Below, in pieces: positions 55,488 through 64,000 of a stretch of 64,000 nt of DNA; the stretch's first letter is position 1; every line of letters begins with the position of its first letter. Source of the stretch: Fumia sp. (GTDB lineage Bacteria > Bacillota > Clostridia > Oscillospirales > Ruminococcaceae); assembly GCA_045645505.1 (NCBI GenBank), contig JAZRIW010000024.1, positions 6,189 to 70,188 on the forward strand, in the 5' to 3' direction. The translations under genes and the position numbers were made by a program. Below the pieces are notes generated by a model. That model saw nothing but the letters and a program-made list of their open reading frames with translations. It was not told where the DNA came from and ran no database searches.

Positions 55488-56669
55488 ATGGATTTCAATA
55501 AACTTAAGGATTTTATGAACCATCTGACAAGTTGGCGTATGCCGGGTAATTCCATCACAGTTTATTTAAAAGATGAGCCTGTTTTTAAATACAGTACGGG
55601 TTTTTCCGATATGGAAAATAAAGTAAAGATGACAGGCGATGAACTGATTAATATCTATTCATGTTCAAAACTCACAACTGTTGTAGCGGCACTTCAGCTC
55701 TATGAAAAAGGTGAATTCCTGCTTGATGATCCTTTATATAACTATATCGAAGAATATAAAGAAATGTATATCAAGGACAGCGATGGCAATATAAAAAAAG
55801 CTGAAACTCCAATTACTATGCGTCAGCTTTTCACTCACACATCAGGTCTTAGCTATAACTGGCAAAGCGAACACATAAAAGAAGTTACTGAAAAAACAAA
55901 TGGTAAATCCCCGACAATAGAGGTGGCACGTGCTTTTGCAAAAGAGCCTCTCGTTGCAGAACCCGGTGAAATTTGGAACTATAGTATGTCCCATGACATT
56001 CTGGCGGCTGTTGTGGAAATCGTTACCGGAAAACGTTTTTCTGAATATGTAAAGGAAAATATTTTTGCTCCGATTGGTGTGGATGAAGTATATTATCATC
56101 CGACTGAAGAAATTTATAGTAAAATGGCTCAGCAATATCGATACATTGACGGAGATATCAATGATGATCCTGTCGCCATGCAGGTTTCACCGAATGACAA
56201 AGGTGGCTATGTGATAAATATAGGAAAGAAAAACATCATGTCTATCGGAAGTGAATATGATAGTGGCGGTGCCGGAATTATCATCTCTGTACCATCTTAT
56301 GCAAAGTTTGCAAACACACTTGCTATGGGCGGAAAAAGTAAAACAGGAGAAAGAATTCTCTCAAAAGGTACAATAGATCTTATACAGACAAACCAGTTAA
56401 ATTCAATGCAGTTAAAAGGTCTCCTCCAATGGACAACAATAAACAAAGGCTGTGGTTTTGGTTTGGGAGCTAAAATGATACTCGACAAAGCTACTGCAGG
56501 CTTTACAGGAAATAAAAATGAATTTAGTTTAGGAGGAGCAGCAGGTGCGACCGTTCTTGTTGATACTGACTCACAGTTATCATATTTTTATGCGCACCAT
56601 ATGATAAATCCGCAGGAACCTTACTATCATCCAAGACTCAGAAATGTTGTGTATTCATGTCTTGATTAA
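55488..56669 (+). CDS. Serine hydrolase, beta-lactamase/class C esterase family
   Basis: SCSK, LFTHTSG, PGE.WNYS, GGAG, GGAAG. Confidence 0.88.
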   Translation: MDFNKLKDFMNHLTSWRMPGNSITVYLKDEPVFKYSTGFSDMENKVKMTGDELINIYSCSKLTTVVAALQLYEKGEFLLDDPLYNYIEEYKEMYIKDSDGNIKKAETPITMRQLFTHTSGLSYNWQSEHIKEVTEKTNGKSPTIEVARAFAKEPLVAEPGEIWNYSMSHDILAAVVEIVTGKRFSEYVKENIFAPIGVDEVYYHPTEEIYSKMAQQYRYIDGDINDDPVAMQVSPNDKGGYVINIGKKNIMSIGSEYDSGGAGIIISVPSYAKFANTLAMGGKSKTGERILSKGTIDLIQTNQLNSMQLKGLLQWTTINKGCGFGLGAKMILDKATAGFTGNKNEFSLGGAAGATVLVDTDSQLSYFYAHHMINPQEPYYHPRLRNVVYSCLD

Positions 56670-56705
56670 ATCATTTTAAAGAATAAACATAGAAAGGGGA
56701 TTAAT

Positions 56706-57722
56706 ATGGTTGTAATTTTAAAACCAAAAACGAAAGCTGAAGATATAGAAAAAGTTATTTCCTACATCAGGGATATGGACCTTGATGTAATGGTGAACGA
56801 AGGTACAGATTGTACAGTTCTTGGCCTTTTAGGTGACACAAGAAATGTTGATCCTGATACTCTGATGCTTAACATACATGTTGACAGGGTTATGCGTATT
56901 GCAGAGCCTTTTAAAAAGGCAAGTCGTAAATTTCACCCTGAAAACTCAATTGTGAAAGTCGGAAATGCAGAATTCGGTAAAGAAAACCGTTTTTCTGTAA
57001 TTGCAGGACCATGCTCTGTTGAAAGCGAAGCTCAAATAATAGAAGTGGCAGAAAGCGTTAAGAAAAGTGGTGCAAGCTTGCTTCGCGGAGGCGCTTTTAA
57101 GCCCAGAACATCGCCTTATTCTTTCCAGGGACTTAAACTCGAAGGAATAAAGCTTTTAAAAGAAGCAAAAACAGTCACAGGACTTCCTATAGTTACAGAA
57201 ATTATGTCTCCATATATGGTTGAGGAATTTGAAGAAAATATAGATATAATTCAAGTCGGTGCAAGAAATATGCAGAATTTCGACTTGCTTAAGGAACTCG
57301 GAAAATGCAGTAAACCCATACTTCTCAAAAGAGGTCTTTCCTCTACAATAGAAGAATGGCTGATGTCGGCTGAATATATTCTTGCAGGAGGTAACAAGAA
57401 TGTTATTCTCTGCGAAAGAGGAATCAGAACTTTTGAAACATATACAAGAAACACTCTTGACTTAAGTGCAATTCCTGCAGTAAAAAAATTAAGCCACCTT
57501 CCCGTCATTGTTGACCCTTCACATTCAGCAGGAATGAATTGGATGGTAGAGCCACTTTCTCTTGCCGCTATGGCAGTCGGAGCTGATGGCATCATAGTAG
57601 AAACACATAACTGTCCCGAAAAAGCATTATGCGATGGTGCACAATCTCTTGATTTAAAACAGTTTGCCTCATTGATGAATAAGCTTAACACAATTGGCAG
57701 TAATCTGGGGCTTAGTTTATAA
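56706..57722 (+). CDS. aroF: DAHP synthase (type I-beta, with N-terminal regulatory domain)
   Basis: IAGPCSVES, RGGAFKPRTSPY, GARNMQNF, CERGIRTF, DPSH. Confidence 0.95.
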   Translation: MVVILKPKTKAEDIEKVISYIRDMDLDVMVNEGTDCTVLGLLGDTRNVDPDTLMLNIHVDRVMRIAEPFKKASRKFHPENSIVKVGNAEFGKENRFSVIAGPCSVESEAQIIEVAESVKKSGASLLRGGAFKPRTSPYSFQGLKLEGIKLLKEAKTVTGLPIVTEIMSPYMVEEFEENIDIIQVGARNMQNFDLLKELGKCSKPILLKRGLSSTIEEWLMSAEYILAGGNKNVILCERGIRTFETYTRNTLDLSAIPAVKKLSHLPVIVDPSHSAGMNWMVEPLSLAAMAVGADGIIVETHNCPEKALCDGAQSLDLKQFASLMNKLNTIGSNLGLSL

Positions 57723-57742
57723 TTTGTGAGAGGAAATTTTCA

Positions 57743-58789
57743 ATGAATATTTTAAGAGTAAATATTCCCGGTAATGAATATGACATAATAATTAAAAAAG
57801 GCATTTTGGACTGTGCAGGGGAACAAATCTCAAAAATATTCTCCGGTAAAAAAATTATTATTGTAACAGACAGTAACGTAGGCCCCATCTATGCCAAAAG
57901 GCTTGAAAAAAGCTTAAAAAACTGTGGATTTTCAACAAGTGTTATAACAATCCCTGCCGGAGAACAAAGTAAATCCTTAGACGTTTTGCAAAAACTTTAT
58001 TCAGGTTTGATTGAATTTGGAATAACAAGAGGTGACCTACTTGTTGCACTTGGTGGAGGAGTGGTAGGCGACCTTGCAGGATTTTGCGCATCTACCTACC
58101 TTCGCGGAATTCCTTTTGTGCAAATTCCTACTACACTACTCGCTCAGGTAGATTCAAGTGTTGGCGGAAAAGTAGCTGTAAACCTGATGGAAGGCAAAAA
58201 TCTTGTCGGTGCATTTTATCAACCGAAGCTGGTACTTATTGACCCCGATTGCCTTCTGACTCTTGATGAAAAAATCTTCGCCGACGGAATGGCAGAAGTT
58301 ATAAAGTATGGTGCAATAGCTGATATAAAATTATTTGAAACCCTTGAAAGCATTGAAAATAAAGAGGATTTATTCCTAAAGATTCCAAAGATTATATATA
58401 ATTGTTGTGATATAAAAAGAAAAATTACAGAAAAAGATGAAAAGGATACAGGTGAGCGAATGCTATTAAACTTCGGTCACACCTTTGGACATGCAATAGA
58501 GAAAAAATATAACTACAAAGACTACACCCACGGAATGGGAGTTGCAATCGGAATGGTTATGGCTTCCGAGTGGGGCGAAGAACATAATATTACACAAAAA
58601 GGCGTCGCCGAAAGACTCAAAAAAATACTTAAAAAATATAAGCTTCCAACAAAAGCTGATATTGACAGAGAAGAGCTTTTGTCTGCAGTTGCTGTGGATA
58701 AAAAAGGTCTTGGAAATAAAATAAGATTGATTTTAATTGAAAATATCGGAAAATCACTGATTTACGAAATTGAAAAAAGCAACATATAA
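57743..58789 (+). CDS. aroB: 3-dehydroquinate synthase
   Basis: GGGVVGD, PTTLLAQVDSSVGGK, LNFGHTFGHAIE. Confidence 0.97.
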   Translation: MNILRVNIPGNEYDIIIKKGILDCAGEQISKIFSGKKIIIVTDSNVGPIYAKRLEKSLKNCGFSTSVITIPAGEQSKSLDVLQKLYSGLIEFGITRGDLLVALGGGVVGDLAGFCASTYLRGIPFVQIPTTLLAQVDSSVGGKVAVNLMEGKNLVGAFYQPKLVLIDPDCLLTLDEKIFADGMAEVIKYGAIADIKLFETLESIENKEDLFLKIPKIIYNCCDIKRKITEKDEKDTGERMLLNFGHTFGHAIEKKYNYKDYTHGMGVAIGMVMASEWGEEHNITQKGVAERLKKILKKYKLPTKADIDREELLSAVAVDKKGLGNKIRLILIENIGKSLIYEIEKSNI

Positions 58790-58808
58790 AACAGAAAAGA
58801 GTGATACC

Positions 58809-60062
58809 GTGAACGATGTAACAATAAAGCCAAAAATGTTAAAAGGTACAGTTACTGTGCCACCTTCTAAAAGTGTCCTTCACAGAGCGATAATCTCGGC
58901 TTTTTTGTCAAAGAAAACTTGCACAATACATAATGTGGCTTTTTCCGATGATATAAAAGCTACATTAAACGGAATAAAAGCACTTGGTTGCGACTATAAA
59001 AACACAGGCAATACCATTACCCTTTATCCTGATTTACATATTGATGATGAAATTGAAATTGATTGCATCGAAAGTGGTTCTACTTTACGTTTTTTAATCC
59101 CGATTGCATTGATTACAGGTAAAAAAATAAAGTTTACAGGCAGAGGCCGTCTTATGCAAAGGCCAATTAACCCATATATTGATATTTTCAATGAAAAAGG
59201 AATTCATTATGAAATAAATGAAGACAATATCGTCCTTTCAGGGCAACTTAAAGGTGGTATATATAAACTTAAAGGAGATGTAAGCTCTCAATTTATAACA
59301 GGGCTTTTAATGGCACTTCCACTTGCAAAAGAAGATAGTGAAATAATCATTACAACAGAAACTGAATCAAAAGGATATATAGATATAACACTTAATGTGC
59401 TGTCTGATTTTGGAATTAAAATAGAAAATCAGGACTATAAGCGTTATATCATAAAAGGCGGACAGGAATATAACGCTACAGAATATACTGCAGAAGGAGA
59501 TTATTCCCAAGCCGCATTTTTCCTTGTTGCAGACGCTCTCGGATGCGACATAGTATGTAAAGGATTAAATGAAAATTCTCTTCAGGGCGACAAAGAGATA
59601 TTAAACATACTTAAAAAAGTCGGTTGTAAAATTGAAAAAACCTCTGACGGAATCAAGGCTCAAAAAACAGATGAAATAAATGGTATAACGGTTGACGTGA
59701 GAGATATTCCCGACCTTGTACCTGTTCTCGCTGTGTTATTTGGTTTCTGTAAAGGAGAAAGTCATATAATAAATGCAGGCCGACTCAGAATGAAAGAAAG
59801 CGACAGACTTTCTGCAATTACTCAAGAACTTAAAAAACTTTCTGTTGATATAACAGAAGAAAAAGACTCTCTTAAAATTATAGGAAACAATGAAGCTTTT
59901 GGTGCTGTTGTTTCTTCCTGGGGTGACCACAGAATTGCTATGGCTCTTTCCATTGCAGCATTCAGATGTAAGGGGGATAATGTAACTATCCTCGGAGCAG
60001 AAAATGCAGTAAAAAAATCATACCCCGATTTTTTTGAAATATATAAAAACCTTGCTGAATAA
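58809..60062 (+). CDS. aroA: EPSP synthase
   Basis: PPSKS..HR, ESGSTLRF, SSQFITG, KESDR, DHRIAM; likely GTG start 58809. Confidence 0.96.
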   Translation: MNDVTIKPKMLKGTVTVPPSKSVLHRAIISAFLSKKTCTIHNVAFSDDIKATLNGIKALGCDYKNTGNTITLYPDLHIDDEIEIDCIESGSTLRFLIPIALITGKKIKFTGRGRLMQRPINPYIDIFNEKGIHYEINEDNIVLSGQLKGGIYKLKGDVSSQFITGLLMALPLAKEDSEIIITTETESKGYIDITLNVLSDFGIKIENQDYKRYIIKGGQEYNATEYTAEGDYSQAAFFLVADALGCDIVCKGLNENSLQGDKEILNILKKVGCKIEKTSDGIKAQKTDEINGITVDVRDIPDLVPVLAVLFGFCKGESHIINAGRLRMKESDRLSAITQELKKLSVDITEEKDSLKIIGNNEAFGAVVSSWGDHRIAMALSIAAFRCKGDNVTILGAENAVKKSYPDFFEIYKNLAE

Positions 60063-60082
60063 ATGAAAAAGGATGGATTATT

Positions 60083-61156
60083 ATGAATATATGGGGTGAA
60101 AAATTTAAAATAAGTATCTTCGGAGAATCCCATGGCGGCGGCATTGGTGTTGTCATAGACGGAATTCCCGGAGGAACAACACTTGATTTAGATAAAATAG
60201 AAGAATATATGCGTCGTCGTAAACCCGGACAAAATGAATATTCCACACCGAGAAAGGAAGACGACAAAGTCAAAATTTTGTCAGGCTTTTATAATGGCAA
60301 AACAACTGGTACACCTCTGTGTGCAGTAATTATGAACGAAGATACAAAATCAAGTTCCTACGAGCCTAATTTACTTCGTCCCGGACATGCAGATTATACT
60401 GCTCTTATGAAATATGGTGAAAGCAGAGATTTCAGAGGCAGCGGACATTTTTCAGGAAGAATTACCGCACCCATTGTCTTTGCGGGTGCGATAGCAATGC
60501 AGCTTCTTCAGAAAAACGGAATAACCATTGGGGCACACATAAAAAATATAGGCAAAGTGTATGATAAAGCCTTTGATTTATGTGACATCAATGCCGATGA
60601 ATTAAATACAATAAAAAATAAAGCTTTTCCCGTTTGTGACGATATAAAAGGGGAAGAGATGAAAAATTATATAGAGATTGCTAAATCAAATAAAAACTCT
60701 TTGGGCGGAATGATTGAATGTGCTGTATGCGGAATTAAAGCAGGGATAGGTTCCCCGTTTTTTGCATCAGTTGAAAGCAAAATATCATCTATGATGTTTT
60801 CAATTCCTGCTGTAAAAGGAATCGAATTTGGCGCAGGATTCAAATTTTCAGAAATGGACGGCAAAGAGGCAAATGATGAATTCTATATAGATTGCGGAGA
60901 AATAAAAACCTACACCAACAACAACGCAGGTATAAATGGCGGTATTACAAATGGTATGCCAATAGTTTTCAGACTCGCAATCAAGCCTACACCATCAATT
61001 TCTGCTAAACAGAGAACTGTTGATATAGAAAAAGGAGAAAATTGCGAGATAGAAACAAAGGGCCGACACGACCCCTGTATCGTTCCACGTGCTGTACCTG
61101 TTATAGAAACTGCAACCGCAATAGCAGTTCTTGATATGTTACTCTCAGACAAATAA
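60083..61156 (+). CDS. aroC: Chorismate synthase
   Basis: FGESHG, RPGHAD, SGR.TA, KPTPSI, GRHDPC. Confidence 0.97.
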   Translation: MNIWGEKFKISIFGESHGGGIGVVIDGIPGGTTLDLDKIEEYMRRRKPGQNEYSTPRKEDDKVKILSGFYNGKTTGTPLCAVIMNEDTKSSSYEPNLLRPGHADYTALMKYGESRDFRGSGHFSGRITAPIVFAGAIAMQLLQKNGITIGAHIKNIGKVYDKAFDLCDINADELNTIKNKAFPVCDDIKGEEMKNYIEIAKSNKNSLGGMIECAVCGIKAGIGSPFFASVESKISSMMFSIPAVKGIEFGAGFKFSEMDGKEANDEFYIDCGEIKTYTNNNAGINGGITNGMPIVFRLAIKPTPSISAKQRTVDIEKGENCEIETKGRHDPCIVPRAVPVIETATAIAVLDMLLSDK

Positions 61157-61170
61157 GGATGTGCTTTTAA

Positions 61171-62322
61171 TTGAACGAACTTGAAAATTTAAGAAAAAAT
61201 ATAGACAGAATTGACAAAGAGTTATTACCACTTTTCCTTGAAAGAATGGAAACATGTGATAAAGTAGCTGACTATAAACGCAGCACAGGAATGCCTGTAC
61301 TCGATGCAGAAAGAGAAAAAAAGCTTCTTAAAAGCAAATTGGAAATGCTTTCTTCCGACGAATATGAAGAAGATGTATATGCTTTTTTTAATTCTATAAT
61401 GAGCATCAGTAGAGTAAGACAGAGTAAACTTTTAAAAAATGAAACAAAACCGAAAGTTTGCCAGGATGTAATCAATAACTCAATTTATCCTGTCGAAAAT
61501 CCAAAAATTGTTTATTATGGGTGTGAAGGCGCATACAGTGAAATGGCTGCTGTAAAATTTTTCGGTAAAGATAGCCGTAGATTTTGTGCAAACACCTTTG
61601 AAGATGCTTTTGAGGCTCTTTCCTTAAAAAATGCAGATTATGCCGTATTGCCTATTGAAAATTCTTCAACCGGAATGATTTCAGAGGTCGCAGAGCTTCT
61701 TATCAAATATCGCTACTATATTATAGGCGAAGTATGCGTACCAATAAGACATTGTCTGTTGGGTATAAAAGGAGCAAAAATAGAGGATATCAAAAAAATA
61801 TATTCTCATGAACAAGCCATTATGCAATGTGAAAGCTTTTTAAAAAGTCTTAAAGATGTTCAGTGTGAAACTTATTACAGCACTGCCGTTTCCGCGAGAA
61901 CGGTAGCTGAAGAAAAAGATAAGAAAAAGGCTGCAATCGCCTCTTCGGTAAATGCAGAACTTTACGGACTTGAAATTTTAGCTACTGATATAAACAATGC
62001 AAAGGAAAACACAACCCGTTTTGCAATAATATCCAAAGCTCCTCAAATTGACAAAGAATGCAATAAAATAAGTGTTGTATTTATGCTCAAGCATGAAAGT
62101 GGTCAGCTTAACCGGATATTAACTGATTTCGCAAGCGGAGGCCTCAACCTTTTAAAACTTGAATCAAGACCTATCGCAGAAACTCCATTTGAATATAAGT
62201 TTTTTGCAGATTATACAGGAAATATTCTTGATGAAAGAGTAAGGGCGGTAACAGAGGCAACTGTTGATGAAACCCGCAATTTTATAATACTTGGTAATTA
62301 TAAAGCATATGGAAGTGATTAA
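61171..62322 (+). CDS. pheA: Chorismate mutase / prephenate dehydratase
   Basis: N-terminal LR..ID.ID, PIENS..G, SHEQA..QC, NTTRF, ESRP. Confidence 0.93.
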   Translation: MNELENLRKNIDRIDKELLPLFLERMETCDKVADYKRSTGMPVLDAEREKKLLKSKLEMLSSDEYEEDVYAFFNSIMSISRVRQSKLLKNETKPKVCQDVINNSIYPVENPKIVYYGCEGAYSEMAAVKFFGKDSRRFCANTFEDAFEALSLKNADYAVLPIENSSTGMISEVAELLIKYRYYIIGEVCVPIRHCLLGIKGAKIEDIKKIYSHEQAIMQCESFLKSLKDVQCETYYSTAVSARTVAEEKDKKKAAIASSVNAELYGLEILATDINNAKENTTRFAIISKAPQIDKECNKISVVFMLKHESGQLNRILTDFASGGLNLLKLESRPIAETPFEYKFFADYTGNILDERVRAVTEATVDETRNFIILGNYKAYGSD

Positions 62323-62844
62323 ATGGATATTATTTTAATAGGTATGCCCGGATCAGGGAAAACAACCTTAGGGAAAATCATCGCCGAAAAAACAGGGCTT
62401 GATTTTGTGGATTTAGATGAAGAAATCGAAAGTAGTGAGAAAAAAACAATCACAGAAATTTTTTCTTCCGATGGCGAAGCGTATTTCAGAAAAAAAGAAA
62501 CAGAATGTCTTTTAAAAAGCCTTGGGAAAGACAGAATTATTTCTACCGGCGGAGGAATTGTTACAACAGCTGAAAATATCGACATTCTCGTCTCTTCTTC
62601 AGCCTGCGTTGTCTTTATTGACAGACCCATTAAAAAAATAATAAAAAATATGGATGCAAAAAACAGACCATTACTTTCACAAAATGTAAAAAGAATATAT
62701 ACATTATTTGAAGAAAGATATAAAAAATATATCTTAACTTGCAATATAATGGTCACCAATAACCGCTCTGCAAAAGTTACTGCGAAAAAAATAATTTCAA
62801 AAGTAGAAAAATATAAAAACTCTTCAGATTATGTAAATGATTAA
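62323..62844 (+). CDS. aroK: Shikimate kinase
   Basis: GMPGSGKTT, D.D..IE, GE..FR..E, STGGG, RPLL. Confidence 0.95.
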   Translation: MDIILIGMPGSGKTTLGKIIAEKTGLDFVDLDEEIESSEKKTITEIFSSDGEAYFRKKETECLLKSLGKDRIISTGGGIVTTAENIDILVSSSACVVFIDRPIKKIIKNMDAKNRPLLSQNVKRIYTLFEERYKKYILTCNIMVTNNRSAKVTAKKIISKVEKYKNSSDYVND

Positions 62845-62863
62845 AAGTAAGGAATGAAATAAT

Positions 62864-63712
62864 GTGTTAAAACTTGCTGTAATTGGCGATCCTATAGAAC
62901 ACAGCATGTCACCTTTGGTCCACAGTTGTGTTTTATCTCAGCTTGATATAGAATACAGCTACGAAAAAACAAGAGTAGAAAAAGGGAATCTTAAAGAATA
63001 CATAGATTATGCTGTTAAAAAAGAAATAAACGGATTCAATATTACAATGCCACATAAAATAGATATTCTTGAACACCTTGACTATATTGACAAAGAAGCT
63101 CAGTATTACGCCTCTGTTAATACAGTTTCCATAAAAGATGGTAAACTGTATGGCTATAATACAGATGCTTTGGGATACATTGAATCGCTAAAAAGCTGCG
63201 GTGTCAGCATTAAGGATAAAAATATTCTGATTTTAGGTGCAGGGGGCGTTGTGCGTACCCTCACAAAAGCTTTTGTGAAAAGTAACGCAAAATCACTGTG
63301 TATCCTTAACAGAACAATCAAAACAGCCCAAAAAATAATAGAAGATATTTCAAAAGCTAAAACAAGCCTTGAGTTTGGTGATTTATCCGATTCAACAATA
63401 AAAGATAAATGCAAAACAGCTGATATTTTGATAAATGCAACACCTCTCGGCATGAGCGGATACGACGGAGAGTTTCAAAATTTTGATTTCCTTGATTATT
63501 TAAAACCCGAAAGTATCGTTTCGGATTTAATATATAATCCACCAAAGACAAGACTTTTATCAGAAGCAGAAAACAGAGGTCTTAAAACTCTCAATGGAAT
63601 GAGAATGTTGATTTTTCAGGCAATCCTTGCTGATGAAATATATCTGGATACAAAAATTGATAGAGAGAAAATATATAAAAAAACCATAGAACTCTTAAAA
63701 AATTCCTACTAA
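62864..63712 (+). CDS. aroE: Shikimate dehydrogenase
   Basis: HSMSP..H, NITMPHK, SVNT, YNTD, GAGG, NATPLGM, DLIYNP. Confidence 0.95.
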   Translation: MLKLAVIGDPIEHSMSPLVHSCVLSQLDIEYSYEKTRVEKGNLKEYIDYAVKKEINGFNITMPHKIDILEHLDYIDKEAQYYASVNTVSIKDGKLYGYNTDALGYIESLKSCGVSIKDKNILILGAGGVVRTLTKAFVKSNAKSLCILNRTIKTAQKIIEDISKAKTSLEFGDLSDSTIKDKCKTADILINATPLGMSGYDGEFQNFDFLDYLKPESIVSDLIYNPPKTRLLSEAENRGLKTLNGMRMLIFQAILADEIYLDTKIDREKIYKKTIELLKNSY

Positions 63713-63716
63713 AAAC

Positions 63717-63751
63717 AAAAAAGGCAGAAGATTTTAAATCTTCTGCCTTTT
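63717..63751. terminator. Bidirectional terminator between aroE and glyA
   Basis: AAAAGGCAGAAGATT..AATCTTCTGCCTTTT. Confidence 0.85.
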
Positions 63752-63762
63752 CTTTATATTAA

Positions 63763-64000
63763 TTATTCATACAAAGGATACTTATTGCAAAGAGCTTCAA
63801 CTTTTGCCTTAACTTCATCTTTTGAATTTTCGAAATCCAAAGCAACTTTATAAATACATTCAGCGATAATATCCATATCTGCTTCCTTGAAGCCTCTTGT
63901 TGTAACAGCGGGAGTACCAATACGAATACCACTTGTAATAAACGGGCTCTGAGGATCATTAGGAATTGCATTTTTATTAGCTGTGATATAAACTTCATCA
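63763..64000 (-). CDS. glyA: Serine hydroxymethyltransferase, C-terminal part (start outside window)
   Basis: Frame differs from the ORF track: [32 protein letters not shown]...KYPLYE*. Confidence 0.95.
   Translation of the reverse strand, partial: DEVYITANKNAIPNDPQSPFITSGIRIGTPAVTTRGFKEADMDIIAECIYKVALDFENSKDEVKAKVEALCNKYPLYE

Noticed and set aside
55488-56669. Beta-lactam resistance gene
   Set aside because: No signal peptide and no KTG motif; fits the cytoplasmic esterase-type serine hydrolases.
7506-63751. Many perfect intergenic inverted repeats as a REP/MITE family or CRISPR
   Set aside because: They share no common sequence, are not regularly spaced and sit at gene ends with A/T tails; they are ordinary intrinsic terminators.
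63759-63998. 79-aa ORF-track call
   Set aside because: Wrong frame; the region is the glyA C-terminus ending at 63763.

Overview
AT-rich chromosomal segment of an anaerobic, probably spore-forming Clostridia-class bacterium. Oscillospirales/Ruminococcaceae-like affinity is inferred from gene content and order only. The housekeeping backbone includes glyQS, galT-galK-AraC, rpmG-secE-nusG-rplK-rplA-rplJ-rplL with L1 and L10 leaders, pduL, spoVS, ymdB, hslO, msmX, an EF-G paralogue, carB, alr, T-box-controlled proS, tRNA-Arg(ACG), an aroF-B-A-C-pheA-aroK-aroE operon and the 3' end of glyA. It also carries a Hnd/Hyd-type electron-bifurcating [FeFe]-hydrogenase operon divergent from a DRTGG/kinase/sensory-hydrogenase/PHP cluster. 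No integrase, transposase, CRISPR array or rRNA is visible. The most interesting unexplained items are: (1) a kinase-free sugar operon with two FucI/AraA-fold isomerases, an MlrC/M81 amidohydrolase and an RpiB homologue that has lost its phosphate-binding residues, followed by a LacI-SBP fusion regulator; (2) a nested hairpin burying the start of a DUF4830 gene in read-through transcripts; (3) a spoIIG-like Spo0A promoter driving an unknown HTH gene; (4) an XRE switch with two operators on a consensus promoter; (5) a secreted protein with four copies of an unrecognised ~105-aa repeat; (6) a DnaA-box/NrdR-like cluster between carB and alr; (7) a 32-bp-spaced TTGTRCA promoter architecture shared by the hydrogenase operon, msmX and a Gfo/Idh/MocA gene. 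All family calls come from motif recognition by eye; no database searches were run.
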